Source: a virus
IMG/VR virus record: IMGVR_UViG_3300017446_000002
Coordinates: 1 to 48,147 of that record
Reading direction: 5' to 3' (one strand)
DNA length: 48,147 nucleotides
How positions within the stretch are numbered: position 1 is the first letter of the stretch; each line of letters opens with the position of its first letter. Both the position numbers and the translations under genes were made by a program. The notes under the pieces were generated by a model. It had not been told where the DNA came from. It did no database searches and was given only the letters and a program-made list of their open reading frames with translations. This document shows positions 25,629 to 36,335 of this stretch, in pieces.

Positions 25629-28619
25629 ATGGCAGGTGCAGCGGACCAATTTCTGGCAGGTGTGCTCGGCGGATTCAAGCCGACCAACCTGCCTGCGAGT
25701 CAGATCCAGCAGGAGTCTGGCGGGCAGCAGAAGGACAAGAACGGTCAGACTCTCGTTGGTCATTACCGCGATGGTTCGATGCCTGCACCTGCCCAGCGTG
25801 CATACGGAGTCGCCCAGATACAGGTCGGCACCGCGCGCGAGACAGCCCAGAAGCACGGGATTCCCTGGGACGAGAACAAACTGATGAACGACCGGGACTA
25901 CAATCTCCGGCTCGGCGATCTTCATCAGGGCGATCTGAATCAATACTACAAGGGCGACACGGTTAAGGCCAAGGCAGCGTATCACTCGGGCATCGGCAAT
26001 GTCGACAGGGCGATTCGGCAGCATGGCGACAACTGGGCGCAGGGACTCGGCCCTCACGGTCGGGATTATATCGGTCAAGGAGGCGGTGGCGTGGCAGGTG
26101 CAAGTGGTACGGTGTTTCAGGCACCGCCGATTCCGGGGGTCCTGCGGGACCAAGGCTCGACGACTCTGCCTTCTGGCAACGGTCCGGCGACGATCAAGAA
26201 CCCGTTTGACACGGCGAGTCTTCCGGCTGACTTGCAGACGTCGGATAATCGTGCGCGGGCCGCTGACACGATGCTTCAGAATGTCATCGAACAGACGAGT
26301 CTTTTGCAGGGCGATCGCAAGCAGGCGCTGGAAGACCGGAACAACGCTGTCGAGGCCATTTCGAGCGAGCAACGCGACCAGACTGCGAATCTTCTCGAAA
26401 AGGTGAAGCCGCTTTTCCAGCAGAAGCAGGCAATCGCCGACCGGATGACCGAAGTCACGACGATGAATCCGCTCAAGCGTGGGTTCATGAGTCTGTTCGA
26501 CGCCAGCTATGACCGGAAGCATCTGGCCGAGGTAGGCGGCGCGATCGACAATCAGCTGTCCGTCGCTGGCAACGAATACAAGACTATGCTGGACGCGCAA
26601 TCGACGCTGTTGCAGGTGGTGAATCACAACTTCGAGGGTGACGATGCCGAGGCAACGCTGAACCAGTCGTTCCTGACGCAGAATCTTGACCTTGCCAGCC
26701 AGTCGTTCGCGGCCAGTGATCTGATCGTGAATCAGACGCTGAAGGGTGTCGGCGCGCAGAGTCAGGTGCTGGCAGCGCAGAATCAGCTCAAGGACACGGT
26801 CATCACTGGCCTGACTCCTGGCCAGCGTGCAACTGCGCTCGAACAGATCAAGGCCAACAAGGGCCAGCCAATCACGATCAATGGCGCGCAGTTCACCGAA
26901 GGCGATATGCTGGCTGCGAGTCAGAACGACGCCCAACAGCAGGTCCGACTGGACGAGATGGTCATCAGTCGTGAGACGGCTGCAATGAATCGGTCGGCTA
27001 CCGCACAGCGCATGGCTGACGATGCCGAGGATCGCCTGATTCAGGGCATGACGACGGCCCAGCAGCGTCTGGCGATTCAGAACGGCGGCGAATATATGGG
27101 CAAGAAGCTGAATCTTGCCAAGCTCGGCGAGGGCCTGCAACGGTCGACTCAGCGCGATGCCCAGTTTGTCGAGGGTTCCACGATGGCTGGGGCGCTGGGC
27201 GGCTGGCGTGACTCGGTCAAGGCTACGGCCAACTCGATGGCTCTTGCAGGTCAGCGAATCAAGGGCCTGACCGGCGAGCAACCCCCTGCGATGAAGGCTT
27301 TGGCTGGGCAGATCAGCCGCGAAGTCTACGACATGGGGAATCAGCTCAACGCAGAGAAGGACCCGAGTCGTCAGCAGATGCTGGCAGCCAAGTTCCAGCC
27401 CCGTATCGCGCAGCTTTACAAGCAGCAGCAGGATCAGATCACGACCGAAGCGAATCGCTGGGCAGGTGGCAACAAGAAGCTGTTGCCGCTCGCACAGTCG
27501 TACCTCACCGGATCGAGTCTTTCGTCTGCACCTGCCGTCCAGGGTCTGATCGAGCTGGCGCGTACGGGTGGCTCGTTCGGCAAGGGCATGAGTCCTGCTG
27601 CCAACGCCGCGCTCGAAGCCACGAAGCAGGTTCTGGCCCAAAGCTCGCAGTCGCAGGGTGGCGTGTCGATCGAATCGTTGATGTCTGACGCATCGCCGAA
27701 GGGCAAGGCCAAGCAGGAAGCACTCGAAGCGGCAGTTGCTGCAAAGGTCGGTGAGGTCTACCTCAACTCGACGTTCGACTCGATGGTCAAGAACGCTCCG
27801 GCAATCGCCAAGCAGATCGGCCATATCGGGCAGAACCTGAACGGCGACATTCTGAACAACGCGATTCAGAACGGTGACGACGCTGGCTTCGCGGCAATCG
27901 GTGCCCAGATCGGTGGACTCAATGCCGACGAGACCCGCGCGCTGTTTGCTGGTGACAAGGCTGCGACTCAGAAGGCTGACCTCAAGGGCAAGTCAGTAGC
28001 CCAGTGGCAGTCGGCTCTTTCGGTGGCGCAGCTGCAATCCACGTACAAGATTCTGGATGCGACTCACCCGAAGATTCAGGGGCACAATGCGGGCGCGGTC
28101 TATGCGAATCTCTTGGGCAACCAGAAGTTTGCAACCACGGCGGGCGCATTGTCCACCGCGCAGGGTCAGGGCTCGTTCGGCGACTCGGTGATCGGTACGG
28201 TCGGGCAGGGCAACCTGACAGCGAACGTCAACGGCTACGGCCAGATGGCGCTCAAGGCATACTCGGGGATGCAGCATCAGGCGCTGATGAAACGAGTCGC
28301 AGTTCAGAACTCCTACGGCAATGATCCGAATGTCCGCATGGCGGCGGTGCTGGGAGCGACTCCCGACATCACGGCCGACGAACGACGGATGCTGCTTCAG
28401 CACTTCAAGCAGGTGCCGACAGCTCCGAGTCGCTATGTCGGGTCGATCGGTCCGGAGGGTGACAATCAGGAACGATTCAAGCAGCTCCGTACCATTTTGC
28501 TTGACACAAAGTTCCAAGACCCTAAACTGGAACGGATCAGGTCGAAAGCCGCTCGTAACTTCGATGCAGTCGCGAAGCAAGCGGATGATGCGGTCGCCGC
28601 AATGTCCGAGCACGAATAG
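25629..28619 (+). CDS. Internal virion protein with an N-terminal lytic transglycosylase (SLT) domain (996 aa).
   Basis: SLT pattern: IQQESGG (catalytic Glu), ...AYGVAQIQVGTARE..., ...AAYHSGIGNV. The remainder is long and Q/A-rich. Confidence 0.8.
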   Translation: MAGAADQFLAGVLGGFKPTNLPASQIQQESGGQQKDKNGQTLVGHYRDGSMPAPAQRAYGVAQIQVGTARETAQKHGIPWDENKLMNDRDYNLRLGDLHQGDLNQYYKGDTVKAKAAYHSGIGNVDRAIRQHGDNWAQGLGPHGRDYIGQGGGGVAGASGTVFQAPPIPGVLRDQGSTTLPSGNGPATIKNPFDTASLPADLQTSDNRARAADTMLQNVIEQTSLLQGDRKQALEDRNNAVEAISSEQRDQTANLLEKVKPLFQQKQAIADRMTEVTTMNPLKRGFMSLFDASYDRKHLAEVGGAIDNQLSVAGNEYKTMLDAQSTLLQVVNHNFEGDDAEATLNQSFLTQNLDLASQSFAASDLIVNQTLKGVGAQSQVLAAQNQLKDTVITGLTPGQRATALEQIKANKGQPITINGAQFTEGDMLAASQNDAQQQVRLDEMVISRETAAMNRSATAQRMADDAEDRLIQGMTTAQQRLAIQNGGEYMGKKLNLAKLGEGLQRSTQRDAQFVEGSTMAGALGGWRDSVKATANSMALAGQRIKGLTGEQPPAMKALAGQISREVYDMGNQLNAEKDPSRQQMLAAKFQPRIAQLYKQQQDQITTEANRWAGGNKKLLPLAQSYLTGSSLSSAPAVQGLIELARTGGSFGKGMSPAANAALEATKQVLAQSSQSQGGVSIESLMSDASPKGKAKQEALEAAVAAKVGEVYLNSTFDSMVKNAPAIAKQIGHIGQNLNGDILNNAIQNGDDAGFAAIGAQIGGLNADETRALFAGDKAATQKADLKGKSVAQWQSALSVAQLQSTYKILDATHPKIQGHNAGAVYANLLGNQKFATTAGALSTAQGQGSFGDSVIGTVGQGNLTANVNGYGQMALKAYSGMQHQALMKRVAVQNSYGNDPNVRMAAVLGATPDITADERRMLLQHFKQVPTAPSRYVGSIGPEGDNQERFKQLRTILLDTKFQDPKLERIRSKAARNFDAVAKQADDAVAAMSEHE

Positions 28620-28629
28620 GAATCAGTCC

Positions 28630-31600
28630 ATGCCTTTCATTTCCACCGCAGCCAACGCTGACCTTTCGCCGAATCGCTTTGCAGCGGCGAACACCTCGGA
28701 CGCTGACATCCAGCGCGTGACCAACATGACGAATCGCCAGGACCATGGCTTCATGGCGACTGCGGCGGGCGTGGCTGGACTGGGTGCGGTGGACTTGGTC
28801 GATACGATCTCGTCGTCGATTCCCATCCTGTCCAAGGCAGCTGGGATTCAGCGCGGCGACTTCAATTCGGCGGCTCTGCGGGCGCTGGATATGCCCGGAC
28901 TCACGCGCTTTTCGCAGGAGTACAAGGGCGGCATCGAGGCAACGTCGGGTATCGCCGGAATCGTGGCTGCGGAATTGACCGTGCGTCGACTCTCGCGTCC
29001 GGCTGGTCTGCTGATGTCGGGCTTGAAGGCACTTCCGTTCGCTCGTCGAGTCGCGTCGCTGGATGCCGAGTACGCAACGGCTATGGCTACGGTTCGTCAG
29101 GCCGATCGCGAGTTGGCCAAGCGTGGTGCCATGGGAATCGAGCAGTACATCGGCAAGGTTGGTGTGCAGGAAGGCGGCATGGGCGGGCTCCTGGGGGCGG
29201 CCGAAACCGGGGCGAATCTGGGTCGCAATCAGCTGCGGACCAAGGCCAGCGGACTCGCCTTTTTGAGCGGAGCCAAGCACGCGGCTGCCACGGAAGCGGT
29301 GATGGCCACGACTCTGAATCAGAACGACTTCCTCTATACCGACGATATGAGCCACAACCTGATGTGGATGGCTCTCGGCGTGGCAGGGGCAGGAGTCTTC
29401 GAGAAGGTGGCTGCTGGCTACCAGATTCGCAAGTACGTCAACTCGGATGAAGTTCGCCGGACGTTTGCCGACGCGCTCGATCCGGACGGCTACGAACACG
29501 CGCGACTCCTTTGGAAGGACAATGCCGGAAAGAAGTTCGGCCCCAACATCGATCCGAAGGTGGCCGAAAGCGAGGGATTCCTCGGCGGCAAGTACACCGA
29601 CTACGTCACGAATCTGCTGGTTGGCTCGCGCTCGAAGCAGAAGACGGAGCTTGGCTTGAGTGAATCGGGCCAGGCTCTACGGCGCAACCGTGGCGACTTG
29701 GCCTCGCAGGAGCTTCAGATGGCTCGCGAGGAAATGAACAAGGTCACGGTCAAGGGAATCACCACGAACGGTGACACTCGCTTCGACATGACTTCCAAGG
29801 GCTACGGGAATCACGTCGAGCAGATCATGCACCGTGATCCGGCTGCGTTCATGGGCGCGGAGATGGTCGGCGGTGTCCCCGAGACTCGTCTGGCCGAGGA
29901 GGTCGTCACGTCGCACTTCAACCGTCTGGACGAGCGAATCGCCGAGGCACGTGCAGCTGCGGACGAAGCGACTGCCAACGGCGGCAAGACCAAGGCTGGC
30001 AAGAAGTTCGATATGGATGCGAACGATGGCTTGCTGCGTCGACTCGACTACGAGAAGAAGCTCAACGCCCAGTTCTACATCGACGGCGAAGCAGCGACTC
30101 TCACCGATGCCAAGGTGCTCGACGGCTGGCAGGAGCCGAACATCTACTCGAACAAGGTGGATGACGAGACGGAGCTGTTCGAATCGTTCAGCAAGGACAA
30201 CAAGTCCCACGGCGTCGGCGTCGATACCAACCTCGATCTGACTCTGCCCGGCGGCAAGACGATGGCGAACGCGGATCACTACGATGTTCTGCGCGCGTAC
30301 CGTACTGCCGGCCGCGTGATTCAGAAGCTGAAGAACGGTGTCCCCGAGGCAATCTCGCTGCCCAAGGACGCCAGCTTCTTCCAGCTCGATATGGCAGAGC
30401 AGCTGATTCGCGAGAGCGGCGGCAAGGTCCAGGTGAACTTCCCGAACGGGCTGACTCGCGACCAAGCGATGGTGGAGAGCTTTGCCCAGAAGGCTCAAAT
30501 CCTGCGCGACGAGACTCGGAAGTTCCAGTTCAAGGCGGTGCAGGAGGCCAAGAAGGGCAACGACTTCGACGTGGCGACGGAAATCTCCAAGCTGCGAGTC
30601 CGCCTGAACATGCCGAAGCTGACGGCGTATGAGCGTGGTGTGCTGGGCGAGTCCGAGCATCCCCTGATGCGCCTGTTGCGGGGTGCCGCAGAGTTTGGTC
30701 CGGACGAGATTCGGAATATGACTCGACAGGACTTGATGAAGGCGGCGGCCGAGACGAAGCGAATCGGAGACTTCGCTCCTTCGGCCGCCAGTGACTTCGA
30801 CGATCTGACGGGCAACAGCTTCCGGTACATGCTGGATGAGTCCGGCAACGCCACGAAGCCGCTGGTTGTGATGAAGCGGAATTTGCAGCCGCACGACTGG
30901 ATGCCGGACAATCTGGCCGATCGGCTCGCGACGCAGAAGATGTACGCCACGAATCAGCTGATGAAGCCGGTCACGCGGAAGGTCGGCGGGCAGACGGTCG
31001 AGGTTGAGACCCTGACGAATCGACTCAGCAAGGCGATCTTTGGCTCGGAGGAGTTCAATACTGCGGCGCGGACGTCGGAGTTGATGGACACGCAGATTCA
31101 GGGCAGTCTCCTTGGCACCGCGAATCAGTCCGCCGCAGGTGGCTTCTTCAAGTCGCTCAAGTCGCGTGACTGGATCGGCCGCGACAACCCTGCGCTCTTG
31201 GCCGCGAGTCGTGTGCAGGAAATGGTGCAGCGTGTGACTCGCGATATGTTCCAGACCGAGGCCAAAGGCTTGCAGGAAGTTGCAGGCGTTTTGAACTCGC
31301 CGCGGAATGCCTCGACCAAGATGCTGCTGAATCAGTTCATCGCGTATCGGCCGGGCTGGGAGTTGGCGATCGACAAGCGCAAGGCTTTGATGGATAGCCT
31401 GGGCCAGCTGACTCTGCCGAATGGCAAGCCGGGGTACAAGTTTATCCTCCAGAACACGGAGGGTAACAAGAATCGCTGGCGTCAGATGTTCAACGAGGAA
31501 ATGCCACAGAACGCCGTGATGCCGACTCCGGACGGCCGCGATATGGTGCTCGACGACATGGGCTTGGACTTCATGCAGCGGTTCAATGCCATGACCGACT

Positions 31601-34164
31601 CGCTGATGGACAACAAGAACCAGCTCCTGAAGGCCAATGGCTTGCAGGGAATCGAGAAGATGGACTTCTACGTTCCGCCCGCGAACATCGACGGCAAGTT
31701 CATCGGATTCACGCTCGACGCCGAGAACAAGGTGGTGCCGGGTATGACGGTTATCGCCAATACGCCGGAAGAGTTCGCTCGCCAGCAGGAGAAGATCACG
31801 GGGCTGATCGAATCCGAGGGCAAGTACGGGCATCGCTTCGTGACGCGTGATCAGATCAAGCGATTCGCGAACATCTGGGACGATGCGCAGATGGACATGA
31901 TCGACCCCGGCACCACGGCGATTCAGCCTGGCAAGCGAGCCGGTGGTGGTCTGGCTGGCGTCACGATCGATCCGCAGGGAGTCGACGGTATCCTGTCCAC
32001 GCTCCGCAGCCAATACTTCCGCCACTCGAACGACGTGGTTGGGACGATGTTCCGCGAGCAGATTCGTTCGGCTACGGCCCGCGCGGAAGTCAGCTCTGGT
32101 GTGACTCGCAACAAGGCTGGGTTCTTCCGCGACGATAAGAATCGCTCGATCCACGACTACTACCTGGAGAATCTGCTGGGCCGCAGTCCGCTGGATTCGC
32201 CGGGCTCGATGGTCGGTCGTTTGTACAACACGATCGAAGGCAACATCGACAAGTTCCTGGCCCAAGGCGCACCTAGCGTGAGTCGGACATGGCACGCTAC
32301 CAACGCCTATCTGGATCGCATCAAGCCGTGGGACAAGTCGGGCGTGGCCAAGCGCGATTTCGAGTCGCTGACCAATGCCTTGGGCGAGCACATGCCGTTC
32401 AAGAACGCAGCTGAAATGCTGGAGTCGCAGGGCGCTGGCTCGATGCCGCCGCAGCTGAAGGACGCTATGGGCGCGATGAATCGGTTCACGGCGGCTACCA
32501 TGCTGCGTGTGTTCGAGCCGATGATGGCCGTCATGAATCTGGCTGGTGTGGTCAACGCCATGCCAGCTGTGATTCGGTCTATGGCCCAGCGCGAGGGTGA
32601 GACTGCCGCAGAGTTCGCTGCACGACTCGGACACATTGGCTCGATCTTCCCCGACGTGGGTCGCGAGGGCCAGTCGGTCGGAGTCCTGGATATGTCCAAG
32701 GTCATGGGCAAGGCATTCAAGCGGGCATGGTCGAAGGAGAGTCATGTCGACTACGACTTCATGCGCCGCAATGGATACCTGAGCCAGGAGGTCGCGGAGT
32801 TCCAGAAGCAGTTCGGAGCCATCGAAACCAAGGCCGATTGGCAGCGTGCGATGTTCGGCGACAAGGCGAATCCGACCAAGGTGTTCGGCGAGAAGGGTCT
32901 GCTGGGGCATGTCTCGATTCTAACCGACAAGTCGGAAGATTTCAGCCGCAGCTGGGGTCACATGGCCGGACTCGAAGTTGCGAACCATCTTGGCGTGACC
33001 GGACTCGAAGCGCGCAACATGTTCGCCCACGACTTCGCGAACAAGATGATCGCAAACTACAATCCGCTGAATCGGCCGGAGGTATTTCAGGGGGCATTGG
33101 GCGCACCGATCGGGCTGTTCCAATCGTTCATCATGCAGTACTATCAGCGACTCTTCCGCTATGCAGAGACGAAGGACTTTGCATCGCTCGGTGTCCAGTA
33201 TGCCACGCAGGGTTCGCTGTTCGGAGTCACGACTGTGCCGGGCTGGTCGGAAATGAACAAGCTGTTCTTCGACCACTCCAAGGGTGACATCGATCCGCAA
33301 GATTCGATTCGCGAGAAGTACGGTCAGGCAGCTGGCGACATCATCGCGAACGGGACTCTCGGCAATATCCCCAAGCTGTTCGGTCTGCCGGGGATGGACC
33401 TGTCGAGTCGTGGCGATACCGCCGTGAAGGTGCCGGGCTTTGGTTCGGGCGAGTTCTCGATCACGAATCTTCCGGCCTTCAACGCCGCGGGCAAGGTGAT
33501 TACGGGTGTGGCACAGGGACTCAAGGCTCTGACCAGCTCGCCCGCTCTCACGATGCAGCAGCTGGCGGAGATCGCGGGCAACACGATTCCGAATCGTCCG
33601 ATCGCAGGCTTGATCGAGCAGGTGTTTCAGGGCGGTGACGACGTTGATGCAATCGGCCAGATCGCGAGCGAGACTCAAGGCTATGCCGAGGGTGCGTACC
33701 GAATGATGGGTGTGCGGTCGCTTCGCCAGAGTCAGGAACTGAATGCGTTCTACGCGAATCGTAGTCAGATGGAACTCAAAGCGTCTGCCGACGACAATCT
33801 CCGCACGGCAACGCGATCGGCCATCCGAGGCGAAAACTACGATGTCCTGCCCGACCTCTTCGCCAAGTACGTCGAAAACGGGCATGATCCCCGTCACTTC
33901 AAAAGGTGGCTGAAAGGCAACTATGAGGCCGCCACAGAGACTCGGGGCACCCGCCAGCTTGACGAGATGCTCAAGAACCCGGAGAAGATGGGATACGTCG
34001 CAAGGCTCTTAGACGCCGGTGTATCGATAGGCAGCGACGAGAACACCGAGGACTATGCCACATCACTCGATCAGCCCTCAAATTTTGACTCAGTCAATAC
34101 CGATATGCCAGACTACGGCACAGCTGGTACAGCCAATATGACTCAAGACCAGCTAGTCCAGTAA
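28630..34164 (+). CDS. Giant internal virion or ejection protein (1844 aa), function unknown.
   Basis: Track ORF 28321..34164 was trimmed to ATG 28630 (MPFISTAANADL...) because the upstream part overlaps the previous gene. It is the last gene of the plus arm. Confidence 0.75.
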   Translation: MPFISTAANADLSPNRFAAANTSDADIQRVTNMTNRQDHGFMATAAGVAGLGAVDLVDTISSSIPILSKAAGIQRGDFNSAALRALDMPGLTRFSQEYKGGIEATSGIAGIVAAELTVRRLSRPAGLLMSGLKALPFARRVASLDAEYATAMATVRQADRELAKRGAMGIEQYIGKVGVQEGGMGGLLGAAETGANLGRNQLRTKASGLAFLSGAKHAAATEAVMATTLNQNDFLYTDDMSHNLMWMALGVAGAGVFEKVAAGYQIRKYVNSDEVRRTFADALDPDGYEHARLLWKDNAGKKFGPNIDPKVAESEGFLGGKYTDYVTNLLVGSRSKQKTELGLSESGQALRRNRGDLASQELQMAREEMNKVTVKGITTNGDTRFDMTSKGYGNHVEQIMHRDPAAFMGAEMVGGVPETRLAEEVVTSHFNRLDERIAEARAAADEATANGGKTKAGKKFDMDANDGLLRRLDYEKKLNAQFYIDGEAATLTDAKVLDGWQEPNIYSNKVDDETELFESFSKDNKSHGVGVDTNLDLTLPGGKTMANADHYDVLRAYRTAGRVIQKLKNGVPEAISLPKDASFFQLDMAEQLIRESGGKVQVNFPNGLTRDQAMVESFAQKAQILRDETRKFQFKAVQEAKKGNDFDVATEISKLRVRLNMPKLTAYERGVLGESEHPLMRLLRGAAEFGPDEIRNMTRQDLMKAAAETKRIGDFAPSAASDFDDLTGNSFRYMLDESGNATKPLVVMKRNLQPHDWMPDNLADRLATQKMYATNQLMKPVTRKVGGQTVEVETLTNRLSKAIFGSEEFNTAARTSELMDTQIQGSLLGTANQSAAGGFFKSLKSRDWIGRDNPALLAASRVQEMVQRVTRDMFQTEAKGLQEVAGVLNSPRNASTKMLLNQFIAYRPGWELAIDKRKALMDSLGQLTLPNGKPGYKFILQNTEGNKNRWRQMFNEEMPQNAVMPTPDGRDMVLDDMGLDFMQRFNAMTDSLMDNKNQLLKANGLQGIEKMDFYVPPANIDGKFIGFTLDAENKVVPGMTVIANTPEEFARQQEKITGLIESEGKYGHRFVTRDQIKRFANIWDDAQMDMIDPGTTAIQPGKRAGGGLAGVTIDPQGVDGILSTLRSQYFRHSNDVVGTMFREQIRSATARAEVSSGVTRNKAGFFRDDKNRSIHDYYLENLLGRSPLDSPGSMVGRLYNTIEGNIDKFLAQGAPSVSRTWHATNAYLDRIKPWDKSGVAKRDFESLTNALGEHMPFKNAAEMLESQGAGSMPPQLKDAMGAMNRFTAATMLRVFEPMMAVMNLAGVVNAMPAVIRSMAQREGETAAEFAARLGHIGSIFPDVGREGQSVGVLDMSKVMGKAFKRAWSKESHVDYDFMRRNGYLSQEVAEFQKQFGAIETKADWQRAMFGDKANPTKVFGEKGLLGHVSILTDKSEDFSRSWGHMAGLEVANHLGVTGLEARNMFAHDFANKMIANYNPLNRPEVFQGALGAPIGLFQSFIMQYYQRLFRYAETKDFASLGVQYATQGSLFGVTTVPGWSEMNKLFFDHSKGDIDPQDSIREKYGQAAGDIIANGTLGNIPKLFGLPGMDLSSRGDTAVKVPGFGSGEFSITNLPAFNAAGKVITGVAQGLKALTSSPALTMQQLAEIAGNTIPNRPIAGLIEQVFQGGDDVDAIGQIASETQGYAEGAYRMMGVRSLRQSQELNAFYANRSQMELKASADDNLRTATRSAIRGENYDVLPDLFAKYVENGHDPRHFKRWLKGNYEAATETRGTRQLDEMLKNPEKMGYVARLLDAGVSIGSDENTEDYATSLDQPSNFDSVNTDMPDYGTAGTANMTQDQLVQ

Positions 34165-34170
34165 GCGGGC

Positions 34171-34213
34171 AAAGAAAAACCCCGGTAAGGTTGATTCCTT
34201 ACCGGGGTTTTTT
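34171..34213. terminator. Bidirectional rho-independent terminator at the convergence of the two arms.
   Basis: AAAGAAAAA, then CCCCGGTAAGG (34180-34190), loop ttgatt, CCTTACCGGGG (34197-34207), then TTTTTT. There is an A-run on one side and a T-run on the other. Confidence 0.85.
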
Positions 34214-34218
34214 ATTGT

Positions 34219-34440
34219 CTAGTCGCCTTGCAGACTAAGCCAGGCTTCCCATTCAGCCCACCAGTCCTCGATTGTGCCGACTTGCGAATCCGGATACTGT
34301 GTCCGCATGTGCTCGCCGAATCGGACTGTGGCGCCAGTCAGGATGTTGAGGTAATTGGCGAACGGGATCAGAACCTCGGTGCCCTCACCAATGGTGATGT
34401 CCGAATCGCCGACCTTGTTGGGGTTCTCCGGCTCGCTCAC
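34219..34440 (-). CDS. Hypothetical protein (73 aa).
   Basis: Track ORF whose GTG start overlaps the upstream stop. It is the last gene of the minus arm. Confidence 0.55.
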   Translation of the reverse strand: MSEPENPNKVGDSDITIGEGTEVLIPFANYLNILTGATVRFGEHMRTQYPDSQVGTIEDWWAEWEAWLSLQGD

Positions 34441-35012
34441 GACCGGGCCCGCAGGTGCTTCATCGACTCGGAGTAGCAGAGCAGCTGGTAGCGGGCATCT
34501 GCGTCGGCGTCGTGCTGAGGGTACAGCGCTTCGTCACGAATCACGTCCTTCTTGGTGACGCCCGCGGCCGACATCAGGGTGCGCAGATCGCGGACTGCAT
34601 CATAGCGCCACGGTGCCACGAGTCCCAGGTCGGCGAACAGGCTGTTGAGGATCGCGATGTCGAAGTCGGAGCCGCGCGCCCATACCTCGCAGCCGTCATT
34701 GCCGACGATGTTGCCGAACGAACGAATCAGATGACGGACCAGCGCCGGCAGTTCGTCGAAGTCGTCGCCGTTCGAGAGAATCAGCAGGTCCTGGAAGTTC
34801 GGCTGACCGGCCCAGAACTGGAGGGTCGAAGCGCCGACGGTACGATTCAGGGCGAGCTGGGCATCGATCGGAAGGTGAACCACGACCGACTTGATGATCG
34901 TCTCGGGATCGTCGGCGGGCACGAATACGAATGCGACCTGCATCACGACTGCCTTCGATGTGGTGTTCAGCGTCTCGGAATCGACCATGCAGATGAATTT
35001 GGGATCAGTCAT
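34437..35012 (-). CDS. DnaQ-like 3'-5' exonuclease, DEDDh type (191 aa).
   Basis: Exo I MVDSET, Exo II GSDFDIAILN, Exo III YPQHDADADA (H-x4-D). Confidence 0.75.
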   Translation of the reverse strand: MTDPKFICMVDSETLNTTSKAVVMQVAFVFVPADDPETIIKSVVVHLPIDAQLALNRTVGASTLQFWAGQPNFQDLLILSNGDDFDELPALVRHLIRSFGNIVGNDGCEVWARGSDFDIAILNSLFADLGLVAPWRYDAVRDLRTLMSAAGVTKKDVIRDEALYPQHDADADARYQLLCYSESMKHLRARS

Positions 35013-36328
35013 TTCTTGTCTCCGCGTTTTGAAAGAATCTTAAGCATCTCGTCTTCGATGTTATGCTTAGAGAAGTTGGCGCTAATATGAACTTGACCAT
35101 CGCGCTGCTGAATCAAGTTTACCTGTCCGCTCTGTTTCAGATCATTGATTATCTCCATGATGTCTATGGCTCTGGCGTCACGCGTGAACATGGCGGTCAG
35201 GGCGTTTACGGGAATCGGTCCTAGCTGCTGGCGAAGGGCCTCAAGGACCTCCTGCTTAACAACAGCCAAAGGATTCATGCCGAACTCACCAAGCGCGTCG
35301 GGCATCCCGGACTCGGTGGCGCGAAGGATCGTGTGGGCTTCCTCAACGTCGACTTCCTCGATCACCATCGTGCCGCGACTCGCAGCTACGGCCATCGACA
35401 GTTTGATAAGGTGGGTGTAACGTCGTTCAGCGTAGTATCCAAAGCGCGAATCAGCGATGTCAATTTTATATTCGTAGAGTTCACGCGATCTGCGCTCTGC
35501 TGCCGCTGTTTCCGAGAAAGCTCCTGCCATCTTGTAATAGATGTCATTGAGTCGTTGTCCAACGCGATCTGTGAGTTCAACGGGCGGAACTGTAGGTCGA
35601 GGAACAGATTTATATTTACGCGCTCCATACACAAGTATGATTCGAGATAGAAAGCCCTGTCCGCCAGCCGCAGGTGGCATTGAATTTGCAATACTAGTCG
35701 GAGTCGTGCAGCCAACGATGTTAAGTAGAGGATTCTTAAGCTCGGTCTTTGAGCTTTTGAGCTGATACTCATAATCGTCTCCATCCCACATCGTTGCCAG
35801 AAAGTCCAGCATCTGCAAATTGTTCTGCCCGATGAATCGCGAGAACTCCTGACTGACCACGGCTAGGTGGTGCTTGTCGGCTTCGCTGATGAACTGGGCC
35901 TCTTCCGACTCGGGTTGATTCGTGACTTCCATGATGTCCGTAATCGACAGCATGGATTTGTCACGACCCGCGACTTCGACGTTATCGAGAAACTCTTTGG
36001 ATGGATTCTCTTCCCCCTGCATTGCAGCTACCAAACCCTGCCGCTGGCCCGCCGTATCCTGTGGTGCGAATCGTACACCCGTGTTCCCCTTGAGACTCTT
36101 CTTGCCCATGCTTGCGGCGGTGGACTTGCGAGTGCCGGGCGTACCGACGAACAGGATGTACTGATTCGGGAATATCTGCATCGGACCAAATGGGAAGTAA
36201 CACCGCCGCCCCAACGCGCAGCTTACGTTGAACAACGCTTGCCAGACGTGGTAGAGTCGGGGTGATTCCGTCTCTTCCACCATCTGCAAGTAGTCGTTCA
36301 GATAATCGGAATTGAATTGAAGGTCCAC
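35009..36328 (-). CDS. DUF3987-like P-loop replicative helicase or NTPase (439 aa). No primase domain was seen.
   Basis: Walker A GTPGTRKST, a Walker B-like LAVVSQEF, and then NIVGCTTP. The start (GTG 36328 or a downstream ATG) is uncertain. Confidence 0.6.
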   Translation of the reverse strand: MDLQFNSDYLNDYLQMVEETESPRLYHVWQALFNVSCALGRRCYFPFGPMQIFPNQYILFVGTPGTRKSTAASMGKKSLKGNTGVRFAPQDTAGQRQGLVAAMQGEENPSKEFLDNVEVAGRDKSMLSITDIMEVTNQPESEEAQFISEADKHHLAVVSQEFSRFIGQNNLQMLDFLATMWDGDDYEYQLKSSKTELKNPLLNIVGCTTPTSIANSMPPAAGGQGFLSRIILVYGARKYKSVPRPTVPPVELTDRVGQRLNDIYYKMAGAFSETAAAERRSRELYEYKIDIADSRFGYYAERRYTHLIKLSMAVAASRGTMVIEEVDVEEAHTILRATESGMPDALGEFGMNPLAVVKQEVLEALRQQLGPIPVNALTAMFTRDARAIDIMEIINDLKQSGQVNLIQQRDGQVHISANFSKHNIEDEMLKILSKRGDKK

Positions 36329-36335
36329 GTCTGAC

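Noticed and set aside
25611-27824. A 737-aa minus-strand ORF.
   Set aside because: It is antisense to the SLT-domain internal virion protein gene. It has an R/L-rich composition and no SD or motifs, so it is a shadow ORF.
28321-28629. The upstream extension of the giant ORF (track start 28321).
   Set aside because: It overlaps the 3' end of gene 25629..28619 in another frame with an implausible sequence (MIRMSAWRRCWERLPTS...). ATG 28630, just after that gene's stop, is the natural start.
29677-32910. A 1077-aa minus-strand ORF.
   Set aside because: It is antisense to the 1844-aa virion protein gene and is a shadow ORF for the same reasons. The same applies to 28537..29499, 32920..33897, 5950..7128, 10189..10956, 11134..12090, 13259..14326, 14374..15345 and 19509..20210.
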